NCBI GenBank assembly: GCA_023205875.1
Contig: CP060771.1
Coordinates: 248,001-312,000 of the forward strand
Origin: Chloropicon primus
Lineage: Eukaryota
Direction of reading: 5' to 3'
Length of the DNA stretch: 64,000 bases
Part shown: positions 9,295-20,059 of the stretch, piece after piece
Position numbering within the stretch: the first letter of the stretch is position 1
How the letters are laid out: the number at the start of each line of letters is the position of its first letter
Program-made: the position numbers and the translations under genes
Notes under the pieces: generated by a model
Databases searched by the model: none
Told to the model about the DNA's origin: nothing
Seen by the model: only the letters and a program-made list of their open reading frames with translations

Positions 9295-10208
9295 CGAAAG
9301 AGAAAGACAAGACGCTTCCACCTATCGCGTCCTCCGTCGTAACCTCGCACCGTAACCGACCGCCCCGCACCCTTTCGTGTGCCGCACTCACGCTCGTAAC
9401 GACTGTAACGGCTGTAACCGCTTTGGGTGGACCACAGCGAATCCCCTGATTGCAAAGTGATGTGAATTCTGCCTCAATTCATCGCTCTGCCATTGCAGAA
9501 AAAAATGTAAATCCATTTGCACCCCAAAAGGGTGGGAGGCCTTGGCTCCTCCAGCAGCTGGGACTCACAGCCTGGGAGCGGGTCAACAGCGAGCGAAGGA
9601 GACCCTATCAAGCATATCAAGGCCAACAGGATGAGTGCACAGGCGATGCAGACCCATCTTAAGGTCCACCATAATCTGAACCTGGCCGACAACGTGGCCC
9701 GCTACAACTACAGTGAGGCGTACATGGAATAGGATGGAATTAATGAATAATGAATGGAATAGGCTCTCCCATCCGCTGCAGAGCTGCAAGCTTGCAACGC
9801 TGCCAGCGTAACGTATCCTACGTAGCCTTCGTTTTTTCACCCAGCGTAGCGGATTGGTTCCTACGTCTTTGGTTACTATGGTGGAGGGGGGGGGGAGGAT
9901 GCACCTTTAACCAACATTAGGCCAGCATTAGGGGGGAACACAAACATGGATGATTGCTGTTGCGTGAATCGAGGCCGGGAACAAGGGCCACTCCCTCCTC
10001 TTCTTCCCCCTCCTGCATTCTTGCTAAGGATACCTCGCAGGGGCCATGAAGGACGTGGCTGTGGAGGAGAAAGGGGCCTCTTACTCTTGTAAAGGACAAC
10101 AAAACAAAAAGGAAAGGGCCATCATCCCCACGGCAAAATGAAGTGAAGTGGACGAGGACCGCAGGCGAGGCGGACACTGTCCCTTCCTCACCACCATCAC
10201 TCTCTCAA

Positions 10209-10261
10209 CCTAAAACCTAAAACCTAAAACCTAAAACCTAAAACCTAAAACCTAAAACCTA
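10209..10261. repeat. Telomere-like heptamer array (CCTAAAA)7, i.e. TTTTAGG on the minus strand
   Basis: Seven perfect copies plus a partial copy read directly. Confidence 0.9.
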
Positions 10262-10302
10262 TCCATAATCTGGCTGCATCCTGAGCCTCAGAACGAACGA
10301 CG

Positions 10303-10425
10303 ATGAGGGCGACGACGACGGCGACGGCGAGGACGACGAGGGAGACGATGGGGACGAGAGTGATGTCACGGTGTCCTTCTCCTCCTATCCCCCTCCTCCT
10401 CCTCCTCCTTCTTCTCTTCCTCCTC

Positions 10426-10456
<31 letters not shown>

Positions 10457-11883
10457 TGGCGATGGCTTCCTCCTCCATCCCCAACGTGAACGTGATGATG
10501 GACAAAGTCAAGGTGTCTGCCTCCAACCTCTTCGAGCAGATCGAAGCGCTCGGCGAGCTTTCGGACACGACCCCACCCTCCATCACGAGAATCTTGTACT
10601 CGGAGAACGACGTCAGGTAAGTCAGCCATCCATTCATCCAACCCAAATCATCCATGGCTGACATCATCCATTCCATTCCATTCCACTCCTTGCAAAGGGC
10701 TCGAGATTACGTGAAGTCTCTGATGGTCTCCGCTGGCCTCGTGGTTCGGGAGGACTCGCTTGGGAACATCTACGGCAGGCTCACCGGCTCCGAGGACGAC
10801 GAACTCTCTCCCGTGGTGAGTGGTTCGCACGCGGATGCCATCCCTCACTCCGGCAAGTACGATGGAGTGCTCGGGGTTCTCGGGGCGATTGAGGCGCTCC
10901 GGGCGATTAGGGACTCGGGCTTGAGGTTGAAGAGGCCCGTGGAGGCTCTGATGTTCACCAGCGAGGAGCCCACGAGGTTTGGGCTGAGCTGCATCGGGAG
11001 CAGGGCGATGTGTGGAAGGCTCGACGCCGGGTACTTGAATTCCCTCCGAGACGCGAATGGCACCGGGTTCCTCGAGGCGTGCAGGGGGGGAGGCTACTGC
11101 AAGGACGGGGCGACTACGGCAGAGGTGCTGGAGGCCTCCTACGTTCCCAAAGGGGGAGTCCACGCCTTTGTGGAGCTCCACATCGAGCAGGGACCGATGC
11201 TCGAGGACGAGGGGTTGGACATCGGGGTGGTGACCGCCATCGCCGCCCCCGCGAGCGTGACGTTCGATTTCGTCGGCAACGGGGGGCACGCCGGTGCGCT
11301 TCTCATGCCGTACAGGCGGGACGCCGGCCTAGTGGCTGCCGAGCTCGCGCTCTCGGTGGAGCAGTGGGCCCTGGGAACCAAAGCCGTCGACACGGTGGCG
11401 ACCACCGGGGTGCTTCAGGTGTACCCCGGGGCCGTGAACAGCGTGCCGAGGGAGGCGCACGTCGAGGTGGACGTCCGGGACATCGACGAGGAGAGGAGGG
11501 ACGGCGTTCTGAGCAGCATCATCAGGAGCGCGGAGGTCATCGCGAGGAAGAGGAGCGTCGAGATGGAGCACAAGATCGTGAACCAGGACCCTCCAGCTCC
11601 CTGCGACGCGAGCGTCATCGATGCGGTGCAAGAGTCCGCAAACGAGCTCGGGCTCACCTCCAGGAGGATGGTCTCGAGGGCCTACCACGACGCCCTGTTC
11701 ATGGCTCAGATCGCTCCGACCGGCATGATCTTCATTCCTTGCAAGGGCGGAGTCAGCCACAGGCCGGACGAGTTCTCCTCCCAGAAGGACATGGAGAACG
11801 GCGTCAGGACGCTCGCCTTGGCCATGATCAAGCTGGCTGGAGTCGCGGAGACCTGCGACCAGGAGGGGAAGGAAGAGCTGTGA
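10303..11883 (+). CDS. Ureidoglycolate amidohydrolase / allantoate amidohydrolase (M20 family) with signal peptide; 2 exons (to 10616, 10698-11883)
   Basis: GSHADAIPHSGKYDGVLGV, FTSEEPTRF, ELHIEQGP, GGHAG, SRAYHDA, GVSHRPDE; intron 10617-10697 (GTAAGT...CTGAC...AAG) restores DVR|ARDY; hydrophobic LLLLLLLLFLLA near the N-terminus. Start codon uncertain. Confidence 0.9.
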
Positions 11884-12335
11884 TGGGGGCGGCGATGGTT
11901 TGCATTGGCATCTGTGATTTGATTTGATTTGATTTGTTTTGTGCGGGGCAAGCTCCATCCATCGCGCGGTTTGCACGAGGCAGTGGAGATTGCTTCACGT
12001 TTAATTTATGAGTGCGCAATTCAGAAAGGATGCCCACGGCTTTCCTCCCCTTGGCATGCATCGCGGATCCCCTCTCCTCCCTCTCTCTCTTCGATGATCA
12101 CAAAGCAACAACAATGAATGATCACACCTTTGCTTTGCATTGTGGACACGGAGAGCGCGAGCGTCAAACGAAAGGCAGAGGGACTACCGCTTCCACCCCA
12201 CCAGCTGTCTCAGATTGCCCTCCCTGTCCAATTCCCAAGGCTTTCCTCCCCTTGGCATCGCAATCTCCTCCCCTCTCTCTCGCTCTCGCTCTCCTCTTCC
12301 AGGGCGCCAGAAGATTTTCCCAGAGCCAGAGGGCG

Positions 12336-13831
12336 ATGTACTCGAGTCGAGCGATGAACCAGCGACGTCAACGACGGCAGAGGCAGAGGAGCATGAGGAA
12401 CGTCGTCCTCGGCGTCTTCTCCGTCGTCGCACTCTTTCTCCTCTGGAGCTACAGGAGGAGAATCACCACCGTCACCTCGACGACGACGACGACGACGACG
12501 AGATCGTATTTTTCTGGCAGGGGCATGAGAAGGGCATCCAAGGAGGAGACTTTCGTGACGGACAAGAAGCACGTCCTCGTCACCGGAGGGGCGGGGTTCA
12601 TCGGTAAGGACGAGCACGTCGCCACATCATTCGACACACTGCACCGTCTCCGTCGTCATCAATTCCTTCTCTCTCTCTCTCTCTCTCTGTGGATGAATGG
12701 TTGGGTTTGATGTTGATGTTGATGTTTTTGGTTGGTTCCTTCCCTCTTGTGTAACGGACTGACTGACTGACTGACTGACTTCTCTCCTTCTTCTGGTCGC
12801 GCGTCGTCGTGCGTTGCTGGTAACGGCTCGCGTGCGTGTTGTGCTCAGGATCCCACGCCGCGCTTGCCCTCGTGGAGAGTGGCCACCGGGTAACGGTTCT
12901 TGACAACCTGAGCAGGGGGAACGCAGGGGCGTATGAGGTGGTGCAGCAGCACTCCAAGCCAGGCCAGCTGGACTTTCTTCGGGTGGATTTGGGCGACAAG
13001 CCGACGCTGTGCTGGTCCTTGCGTGATTCTGGGATTGATTTGGTGATGCACTTTGCCGCAATCGCGTACGTGAGCGAGTCCGTGAAAGACCCTCTCAAGT
13101 ATTACCAGAACATCACGACCTCGACGGTGAACCTCCTGGACTGCATGAAAGTCAGTGGCATCAAGGAGCTCGTGTACTCCTCTACTTGCGCGACCTATGG
13201 CAATCCGGACCAGCTCCCAATCACGGAGGAGACGCCTCCAGTTCCCGTCAGTCCGTATGGCAAGGCCAAGTTCATGTCCGAGGGGGTCATCAGGGACGTC
13301 GCCAAGTCGGACGGCAACTTCAAGTCAGGAATCTTGAGGTACTTCAACGTGTACGGAAGTGACGAGAAGGGCAGGCTGGGGGAGTTCCCGAGGCCAGAGC
13401 TCCGTCACTACGGTCGAATCACGGGGGCGTGCATGGATGCCGCTCTTGGAATCACGGACTCGCTCACGGTGATGGGGACGAACCATCCCACACGCGATGG
13501 CTCCTGCATCCGAGATTTCATACACGTCGTGGACCTCGTGGACGCCCACATCAAGCTCATGAACGCTCTGCAGAATCCGCCGGTACTTTTCAACGTCGGG
13601 ACCGGCCACGGCGTGTCAGTCAAGGAGATTGTGCAGGCGTGTAAGGAGGTGACTGGGAAGAACATCACGATCATCATGCAGGAGGAGGCGAGGCCCGGCG
13701 ACGCGGCGGAGGTTTGGGCTGATCCCACGGCGGTGGAAAGCTACTTGGGGTGGCAAGCAAAGTACACTGACGTGAAGGAGGGGCTGTCACACGCTTGGGA
13801 GTGGAGGCGGAATCACCCGAATGGGTACTAG
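12336..13831 (+). CDS. UDP-arabinose 4-epimerase (MUR4/UXE-like), type II membrane protein; 2 exons (12336-12603, 12849-13831)
   Basis: Splicing reconstitutes VLVTGGAGFIGSHAA; YSSTCATYG, SPYGKAK, LRYFNVYGSD, RITGACMDAA; single N-terminal TM helix. Confidence 0.9.
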
Positions 13832-13959
13832 GCAGCGACCTTTCCGTTGTGCCCCGGCCCAAGCTGTGCTGTAGAATTATGCGACGACGATCAGAGCAAA
13901 ATCAAAGAAAAAAATGACTTGTATACGCTATTGTATTTACCCTCTCAGATCAACTTGCT

Positions 13960-15582
13960 CTAGGCTCTGGTCTTTCTCCCTTTCCTTCGAGTGACCTTCT
14001 CCTCCTCTTCCTCCTCTTCCTCCTCTTCGATCTCCTCGACACCGGTCTCGTCCTCGTCGTCAGCGGTGGGCTCGTCCGTCTTCTTCTTCCTGGCGGCCAC
14101 GTCGTCGCTTGCTGAGGACTTCTCCCTCGTGCAGGCGATGAAGCAAGAGATCACCAGAAGGGTTGGGATCAAGCCAATGACGGCGTAGAGGTAGACCAGG
14201 TTGTTCAGGAGGAACTCCTTCGCGGCCATCCACATGTCGACGACATTTGGGGGGAGGTGCTCTATCAGGAAGGGGTCCACCGTCTCCAAGAGACCCCGCC
14301 AGAAGGCGAGGTGCTGGTGCTTGTTTGCCTCCGTGGCCATCTTCGCCCTTTCCGCCTTCTCCGCCTCGTTCTTCGGCTTCCAGTACGTCTCAATCACCTC
14401 CTTGGAGTGCTCCTCGTTGGTCGAGATGAGAATGTTGTCGAAAATGATTCCGCCGTCCATGGCCCAAATCTCCAAGGCAACCGCACCGATGGGCGCCACG
14501 CTCTTCAAAGGGGTGTCGTCCTCGTAGTAGTCCGGGTTGTCGATCTGCCTTGGGGCCCAAGGCCCCTTGTAGTCCGGGTTATCGATGTAAGGCCTCATCC
14601 ACTTGCCCTTGTAGTCCGGGTTGGGGATCAGGGGAGGGGTCCATGGGCCGCAGCCGGAGATCTTCTTGCAGGCCGGGTTTGGAATCGTGGGCGCTTCCCA
14701 GTCTCCGTCCTCGTCCTCGTCCCAGTCCTCTGGAACCTCCGCCTCCGGGTCGGTCACCTCGAGGGGCATGTCCTCATCCCAGTCGGCGGGCTTCGTGGCA
14801 TCGGCATCGGGAATCTTCGCGGGGGCGTCCTCGTCCCAATCGTCTGGCTTGGTAGCGTCGGGGTCTGGGAACTGGGGCTCGTCCACCCAATCCTCTGGCT
14901 TGCTATCGGTGGCGTCGTCGATCATCTTCGGGGGCAGGAACGAGGGCTCGAAGTCCTCGAAAAGGGATCCCTCCTGCTCCACGACGTCGTCGATGAGAAC
15001 CTTGTACGTGTTATCGGGAAGGATCACGGCAGTGAAGACGTGGCTCCCTCCGTCCGCGGTCGGTATCCCCGGCGGGTTCTTCAAGTGCTTCTCCTCAAAC
15101 TCTCCCGTGTTCCTGTCCTTGTATCGAATGATCAGGTGAACCTTTCCGCTGTCGCCGCACTTGTCTGGCCCGAACATCACGCTGTAACCCGTCTTGTCCG
15201 TGAGATCCTCCTCCTTGAACTCTGGATCCTCCGAAAGGAACTTGAGGTATCCACCCGAGCACCCATGCCCTTTGCTGAACTTCACATCGTATTGGAGGAC
15301 AACAGCATCCTCGCCGAAACCAACTGGACCACCTTCGACCCGCTTGCTGATTCCGTAACGCCTGGCCTCCCAACGAAGCACAAGCCCCTCCTCCTCGTGC
15401 TCCACCTTTCCATTGTACATCCCATCCTTGGACGAGATCCACGACGATGATGATGCAGAACTCTCGAAAGTATCAAACAACTTGGCACCTTCAAGTCCAT
15501 CAGCGCAAGAAACAAGCGACGAGGAGGAGACCAAGCAAAGTGACGCGAGCACGACGAGAAAAGAAAACGTCATGAACTTCAT
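13960..15582 (-). CDS. CNX: Calnexin
   Basis: Signal peptide MKFMTFSFLVVLAS; MFGPDKCG; P-domain repeats KPEDWVD/KPDDWDEDAP/GPWTPPLIPNPDYKG; TM helix and acidic tail with basic C-terminus. Confidence 0.95.
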   Translation of the reverse strand: MKFMTFSFLVVLASLCLVSSSSLVSCADGLEGAKLFDTFESSASSSSWISSKDGMYNGKVEHEEEGLVLRWEARRYGISKRVEGGPVGFGEDAVVLQYDVKFSKGHGCSGGYLKFLSEDPEFKEEDLTDKTGYSVMFGPDKCGDSGKVHLIIRYKDRNTGEFEEKHLKNPPGIPTADGGSHVFTAVILPDNTYKVLIDDVVEQEGSLFEDFEPSFLPPKMIDDATDSKPEDWVDEPQFPDPDATKPDDWDEDAPAKIPDADATKPADWDEDMPLEVTDPEAEVPEDWDEDEDGDWEAPTIPNPACKKISGCGPWTPPLIPNPDYKGKWMRPYIDNPDYKGPWAPRQIDNPDYYEDDTPLKSVAPIGAVALEIWAMDGGIIFDNILISTNEEHSKEVIETYWKPKNEAEKAERAKMATEANKHQHLAFWRGLLETVDPFLIEHLPPNVVDMWMAAKEFLLNNLVYLYAVIGLIPTLLVISCFIACTREKSSASDDVAARKKKTDEPTADDEDETGVEEIEEEEEEEEEEKVTRRKGRKTRA

Positions 15583-15615
15583 CCTCAAACAAAACTCGTT
15601 GATGATGATGGATGT

Positions 15616-15648
<33 letters not shown>

Positions 15649-16477
15649 CGATCCACTCTTTGTGATCGATCGATCGATCGAGTTGGAACGTATCGTAAAT
15701 ATCGTAATCGTTCGACAACGAAATGGCAAAGAGGAAGGAAACCGCTTCACGAGAAGATGATGCTGCTGCTGGCGGCGCTCCTCGTCGTCCTCGTTGTCGT
15801 CGTCGTCGTCGTCGTCCTCGTCGTCGTCGTCGTCGCTGTGAAGTGGATCGTTCGTCGTCGCGTCGTCGCGTCGTCTGAAAACCCTACGAATTGGAGATCG
15901 AAAGTGTTTTCTGTTTTTTTTTCCAAGGGGGAAAGGGAAAGGCCTTGGTGGAGGAGGAAGAGGAAAGGATGAAAGGACGACAGGGAGATAGGTAAGAGCT
16001 TCGTCTTGAGAGCTTTCCAACGAGCCCTCACACGACCCATTTGGTGCTCGGAGTGGTCGAGGAATCGATTTTTCTTCCGGAAAGCTAAGCAGGAACCACC
16101 GGAGTGGCTCGCCTTGTCGAGGACGGTGGGGACGAGGACGGATAGGAAAGAAGGAGAGAGAGGTGGATTGTGAAACTAGATCTCGCGAGCTTTCGAAAGA
16201 GTGGTTACTCGACTTGTTTGGAGATCGGAGTGAGCGTTAACTTTGCTCATCAAGGCATTTGGGAGTGAAGCATCAATGAAGAGGAATCATCACTTGACTT
16301 TTGGTCAGACGAATCAGTGAGCGAGTCGAGCGTTACGAGAGATTGGTACCGGTTTAAGGCTTGTTCATCGCAAGATTTTGATTCGTGTGCGTCACTCGAT
16401 CGGTTCGGTGCAGGGAAACGTCGTGTGAGGTCGAATCAACGAATGAATCATGGCAAGATGTTCTCGTAGGTGATGGG

Positions 16478-17256
16478 ATGAGAGTCAGGCTAAGGAAGGT
16501 GGGAGGTCTCGTTCGGAAGGGGGAGAACCTCGTGGAGGTTGATCTTGATCTCCTCCGGTGCGGCAAAGATGGTGGTGACGCAGTCGTGGAGTTTCGTGAA
16601 CTTGTCGCGCGGACGCTCCGCCTTGAGGAGGGCGCTGTGTCGAGACTGAGGTTGGTCCACAAGGGGATAGTGCTTCACAACTACGATGACAGGCTTCCAA
16701 ACTTCCAGGACAGTGACGTGGTGAGCTACGCCGTGGCTCTGGACTCGCCTGAGGAGTACCTCCGCGAGAGGATCGATGGTGGTTTCGAGGAGCAAGAGGA
16801 GAGGTATGGTGGAACACGCTTCGTCTCAAGTGCAGCTCAGCAATCATTCGCGGTCGTTCTGACACACGCAACACCTCGTCTCCTTTTTTTGCACGCCACA
16901 GGGACCTTCGATTCGACATCGAGTCCCTGCCGTCCCATTGGCAACGCAAGGTGGCCTCCTACTTGAGGCACAGGCTTCACCTTTCGGACACCCTGCTTTC
17001 CGTTCTGTTTGCCCTGTCTCCGACCGGTTACGCAACGGTTTTGGTTTGGTTTCTCCTCGGAAGGCTCGCCTCGGCGTACGACTTGGGTGCCGTCTATCTG
17101 CTCCTGTCGATGGTCGCGTTCATCTTCATGAACTTGGGGAAGAGGAGGGAAGGGGAGGCGAGCGCTTACACCATCTTCAACAACTTTCAGGCTCTGCCTG
17201 GTCAGCTGACAGGGGATCAGCTCGACAGGCAGATGGTTCGTGGGCAGCTCACGTAA
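16478..17256 (+). CDS. Ubiquitin-like domain plus SAYSvFN domain membrane protein (SAYSD1-like); 2 exons (16478-16803, 16902-17256)
   Basis: UBL-like RLRLVHKGIVL; GTATGG...CTGAC...CACAG intron; TM hairpin followed by NLGKRREGEASAYTIFNNFQALPGQLTGDQLDRQM. Confidence 0.8.
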
Positions 17257-17464
17257 AAGGCACGCGCGTTTGTGTGTGTGCGTATTCTGGACTTGTATAA
17301 CACTAGTAGTGTGAAAACATGAACGTGTCCACCACTGCTTCTCGCGTCCACTCTCCGCTCCGCCGGCACGGAGAGCGAGGGAAGACGGATGACAAAGGGA
17401 CTTGATGATTCGACTTGCTTCTTGATCTTGCGGCTGCGTTCTCCGTGCGAGCCATCCCGGGTTC

Positions 17465-18096
17465 CTATTCGTCCTTTCCAAAGCTCCGCTCGTACAGAGA
17501 GATGTCCTTCCTCTCTCCTTCCGTGCCCTCGCCGCACACCGCCTGGTCCACGCACACGCACGAACTGCCCAGGACCTTCTCCACCTTGAGCTCGTAGCCT
17601 GACAAGGCCAAGATCGGCGTCAAGAATCGTCAGCACGAAAGCTTGGGAGGAACCTCTCATCATTCCACCGAAGTCGACTTACCGTTCCCGCAGGCACCTC
17701 CTCCACTCTCGTAAAGCTTCTCGGCAGTCATCGTGCCTCGGCCTTGCTTCTTCAGCATCTCTGCGTATGGGTTGGCGTCCTTCCCCTTGGTCGCTCCAAA
17801 AGCATGAGCAGCTCCCGGCATTGATGCGAACTGTCCGTCAAGAATTCACACAATCAAGGTCAGTACCTCGGGAAGCAAGCCAACCACAGCGCTCTGTGTC
17901 TCACCTTGATGGCAGCAACCGAGAGAGCAAGGGATGAGAGGAGACCTCTTCTCCTTCCCGTGGGATCTTCCGCCTGATTCGTCCTTCCATCATCCCTCCT
18001 CGATGAGCGGAGGCGGGACCACTCCCTCTTGCTCCCTTCAGCTGCCTTGAACCCATCCCTCTTGCTCCCCCTCAGCATCCCTCCTCTGGCTGACAT
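17465..18096 (-). CDS. Small putative thylakoid-lumen protein of unknown function; 3 exons (18096-17905, 17830-17683, 17598-17465)
   Basis: Canonical GT-AG introns give one open frame; bipartite targeting peptide with RRR, a hydrophobic stretch and an AHA cleavage site; mature part has four Cys. Confidence 0.7.
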
Positions 18097-18465
18097 CTTC
18101 CGTTACGTTTCGTGGCAAAGCTTGGCGCCTCGGATGGCAACCGGGTCAAGTGAGGGCTCTTCGGAAAGCCCGTGAGATGACGCGTCGCACTGTGTCGCTC
18201 CCTTCCCGCCCCCCTCTCCTTCCTCGCTCTCCGCTCCGCTCTCGTCGTCTTGGCTCTCTCGGGGTCTTGGTCGACCTTATCCATCCAGAAACTCCTTGTG
18301 AAGAGGAGGCGGTGGCCGCTGCGCTGGCGCCGACCGGAGCGGAGGTGAAGGCGAAAGGGGAGAAAGGGAAGGTATCAGACGGAAGCGTCTCATCGAGAGC
18401 TTTCCATCGGTACCTCAGTCGAGGATTTTGACCAAGAGCTTCGTCCAGGAGAGAGAGAGAGCGCG

Positions 18466-20004
18466 ATGGCAGCGACGACGCTGAGGCGCTTGGCAGGGAC
18501 TCAGGTGGCGAAGAGCCAAGTGAAGGGGGAGTCCAGAGGGGTGATATCGTGCCTCCGTGGCCTGAGACTTCATCAAGGTCTGCGCAAGTCCTCGCCCCTT
18601 TCGTTTGGGCGGAAGACAGCGGCAGGAAACGCTTTGCTTTGCTCTTGTGATGCAGGGGAACCCAGGGGCGTGATGGACTCGGCTTCGTTCACCATGGGGA
18701 TCAGGGGCGAGGTCCACGGCCTCCGGGACGGGGGATCGGGGGCGAGGGAGCAGAGTCACCACTGGGGCGCTTCATCGCGGCATCCTTTGCGCTGCTATGG
18801 CGTAGGACGAGCAGGGGAGGGAGGGAACTCACCACGAAGGGTAGTTTTCCTGGGCACTCCAGAGGCCGCGGCTGTGGTGCTCCGGGACCTGATGGCCGCT
18901 GCAGAGGAGTCCAAGGGGGGCAAGGATGCGTTTGAGGTATCTGCGGTTGTGACCCGGCCGAGCAAGCGGAAGACTCACGGCAAAGTCATGGAAGGGTCTC
19001 CGGTGGCGTCCGTGGCCTCGGAGCTCGGTCTGGGGGAGCACGCCATCCTTTCGCCCCAGAGCGCCAAGGACGAGTCGTTTCTCGAGGCAATGAGGGACAT
19101 TGGGCCGGATCTCTGCGTCACCGCGGCGTATGGCAATCTCCTGCCCCCAAACTTTCTTGACATACCGACGTTTGGTACCGTGAACATCCATCCGAGCGAG
19201 CTCCCCTGCTTGAGGGGCCCGGCACCGGTGCAGAGGGCGATACTCAGGGGCGACCGCAGGCTGTGCGTCAGCCTGGCATTCACCGTGTTCAGGATGGATG
19301 CCGGCAAAATTATTGGGCAGAAGTGGCTTAGCATCGGCTCCAACGAGACGAGCGACGTTGCCCTGTCAAGGCTTTTCAGCATCGGTAGCGAGATGCTGGT
19401 GGAGAGCATGCCTGAGCTGCTTTCTGGAAGGGCCCAAGAAACTGCCACGGAGCAAGACGAGACTAGGGTTACCCACGCGCCCAAGCTCAGCAAGGAGGAG
19501 GGCGTGCTTCAGCCGCATGTCATGACGGCGAAGGAGTGCCACGACGTCTGCTGCGCTTTAAACATCTGGCCAGGGACGAGCGTGAATTGCAACTGCGTCA
19601 CTCCGGTGAAGAAGGGCGGGAAGGGCGGGAGCCAAGCAGAGGAGGGTCGCAAGCGGGAGTTCAAGGAAGACAATTTTGTGATGAAGGTATCGGGAACGAG
19701 CGTAGAAGAGTCGTTGGACGAATGGGACGCAGAAAACATGCCTCTCGTGCCCGGAAACATGCAGATGTACAGGGGCAAGAAATCCAAGGACATGCTCCTT
19801 GTGTGCCACGGCAACACCCTGCTTCGAGTTGGCAGCGTCCAACTTCCCGGCAAGAAGCCCATGCAGCCTCGGGCGTTCTTCAACGGGAGAAAGGGTGCCA
19901 CGCTCAAGGCAAAAGAGGAAGAGAAACTCGAGGTCGAATTCAATCCGGATATTTTGGCAAAGATCGCTAAAGCCGACACTGGAAGAGGAATCAACCTGAA
20001 CTAG
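18466..20004 (+). CDS. fmt: Organellar methionyl-tRNA formyltransferase
   Basis: RVVFLGTP, PDLCVTAAYGNLLP, VNIHPSELPCLRGPAPVQRAI, MDAG, HAPKLSKEEG; long transit-like N-terminus. Confidence 0.92.
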   Translation: MAATTLRRLAGTQVAKSQVKGESRGVISCLRGLRLHQGLRKSSPLSFGRKTAAGNALLCSCDAGEPRGVMDSASFTMGIRGEVHGLRDGGSGAREQSHHWGASSRHPLRCYGVGRAGEGGNSPRRVVFLGTPEAAAVVLRDLMAAAEESKGGKDAFEVSAVVTRPSKRKTHGKVMEGSPVASVASELGLGEHAILSPQSAKDESFLEAMRDIGPDLCVTAAYGNLLPPNFLDIPTFGTVNIHPSELPCLRGPAPVQRAILRGDRRLCVSLAFTVFRMDAGKIIGQKWLSIGSNETSDVALSRLFSIGSEMLVESMPELLSGRAQETATEQDETRVTHAPKLSKEEGVLQPHVMTAKECHDVCCALNIWPGTSVNCNCVTPVKKGGKGGSQAEEGRKREFKEDNFVMKVSGTSVEESLDEWDAENMPLVPGNMQMYRGKKSKDMLLVCHGNTLLRVGSVQLPGKKPMQPRAFFNGRKGATLKAKEEEKLEVEFNPDILAKIAKADTGRGINLN

Positions 20005-20059
20005 ACTGTTGCAAGAGAGCCAGACCATTGTATTCTAGAGAGATTAATCTTATGCGTCT

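Noticed and set aside
7150..9342. 730-aa plus-strand ORF
   Set aside because: Antisense shadow of the AP2 gene caused by GC-rich codon bias; it runs through microsatellites and has no recognisable domain.
10209..10261. True chromosome end
   Set aside because: Only seven units, with ordinary genes on both sides.
15583..16020. Long N-terminal extension of calnexin in the ORF track, and similar extensions for eRF3, Tat-SF1 and the 3756 gene
   Set aside because: They start at non-ATG codons and translate 5'UTR microsatellites; the signal peptide or conserved N-terminus begins at a downstream ATG.
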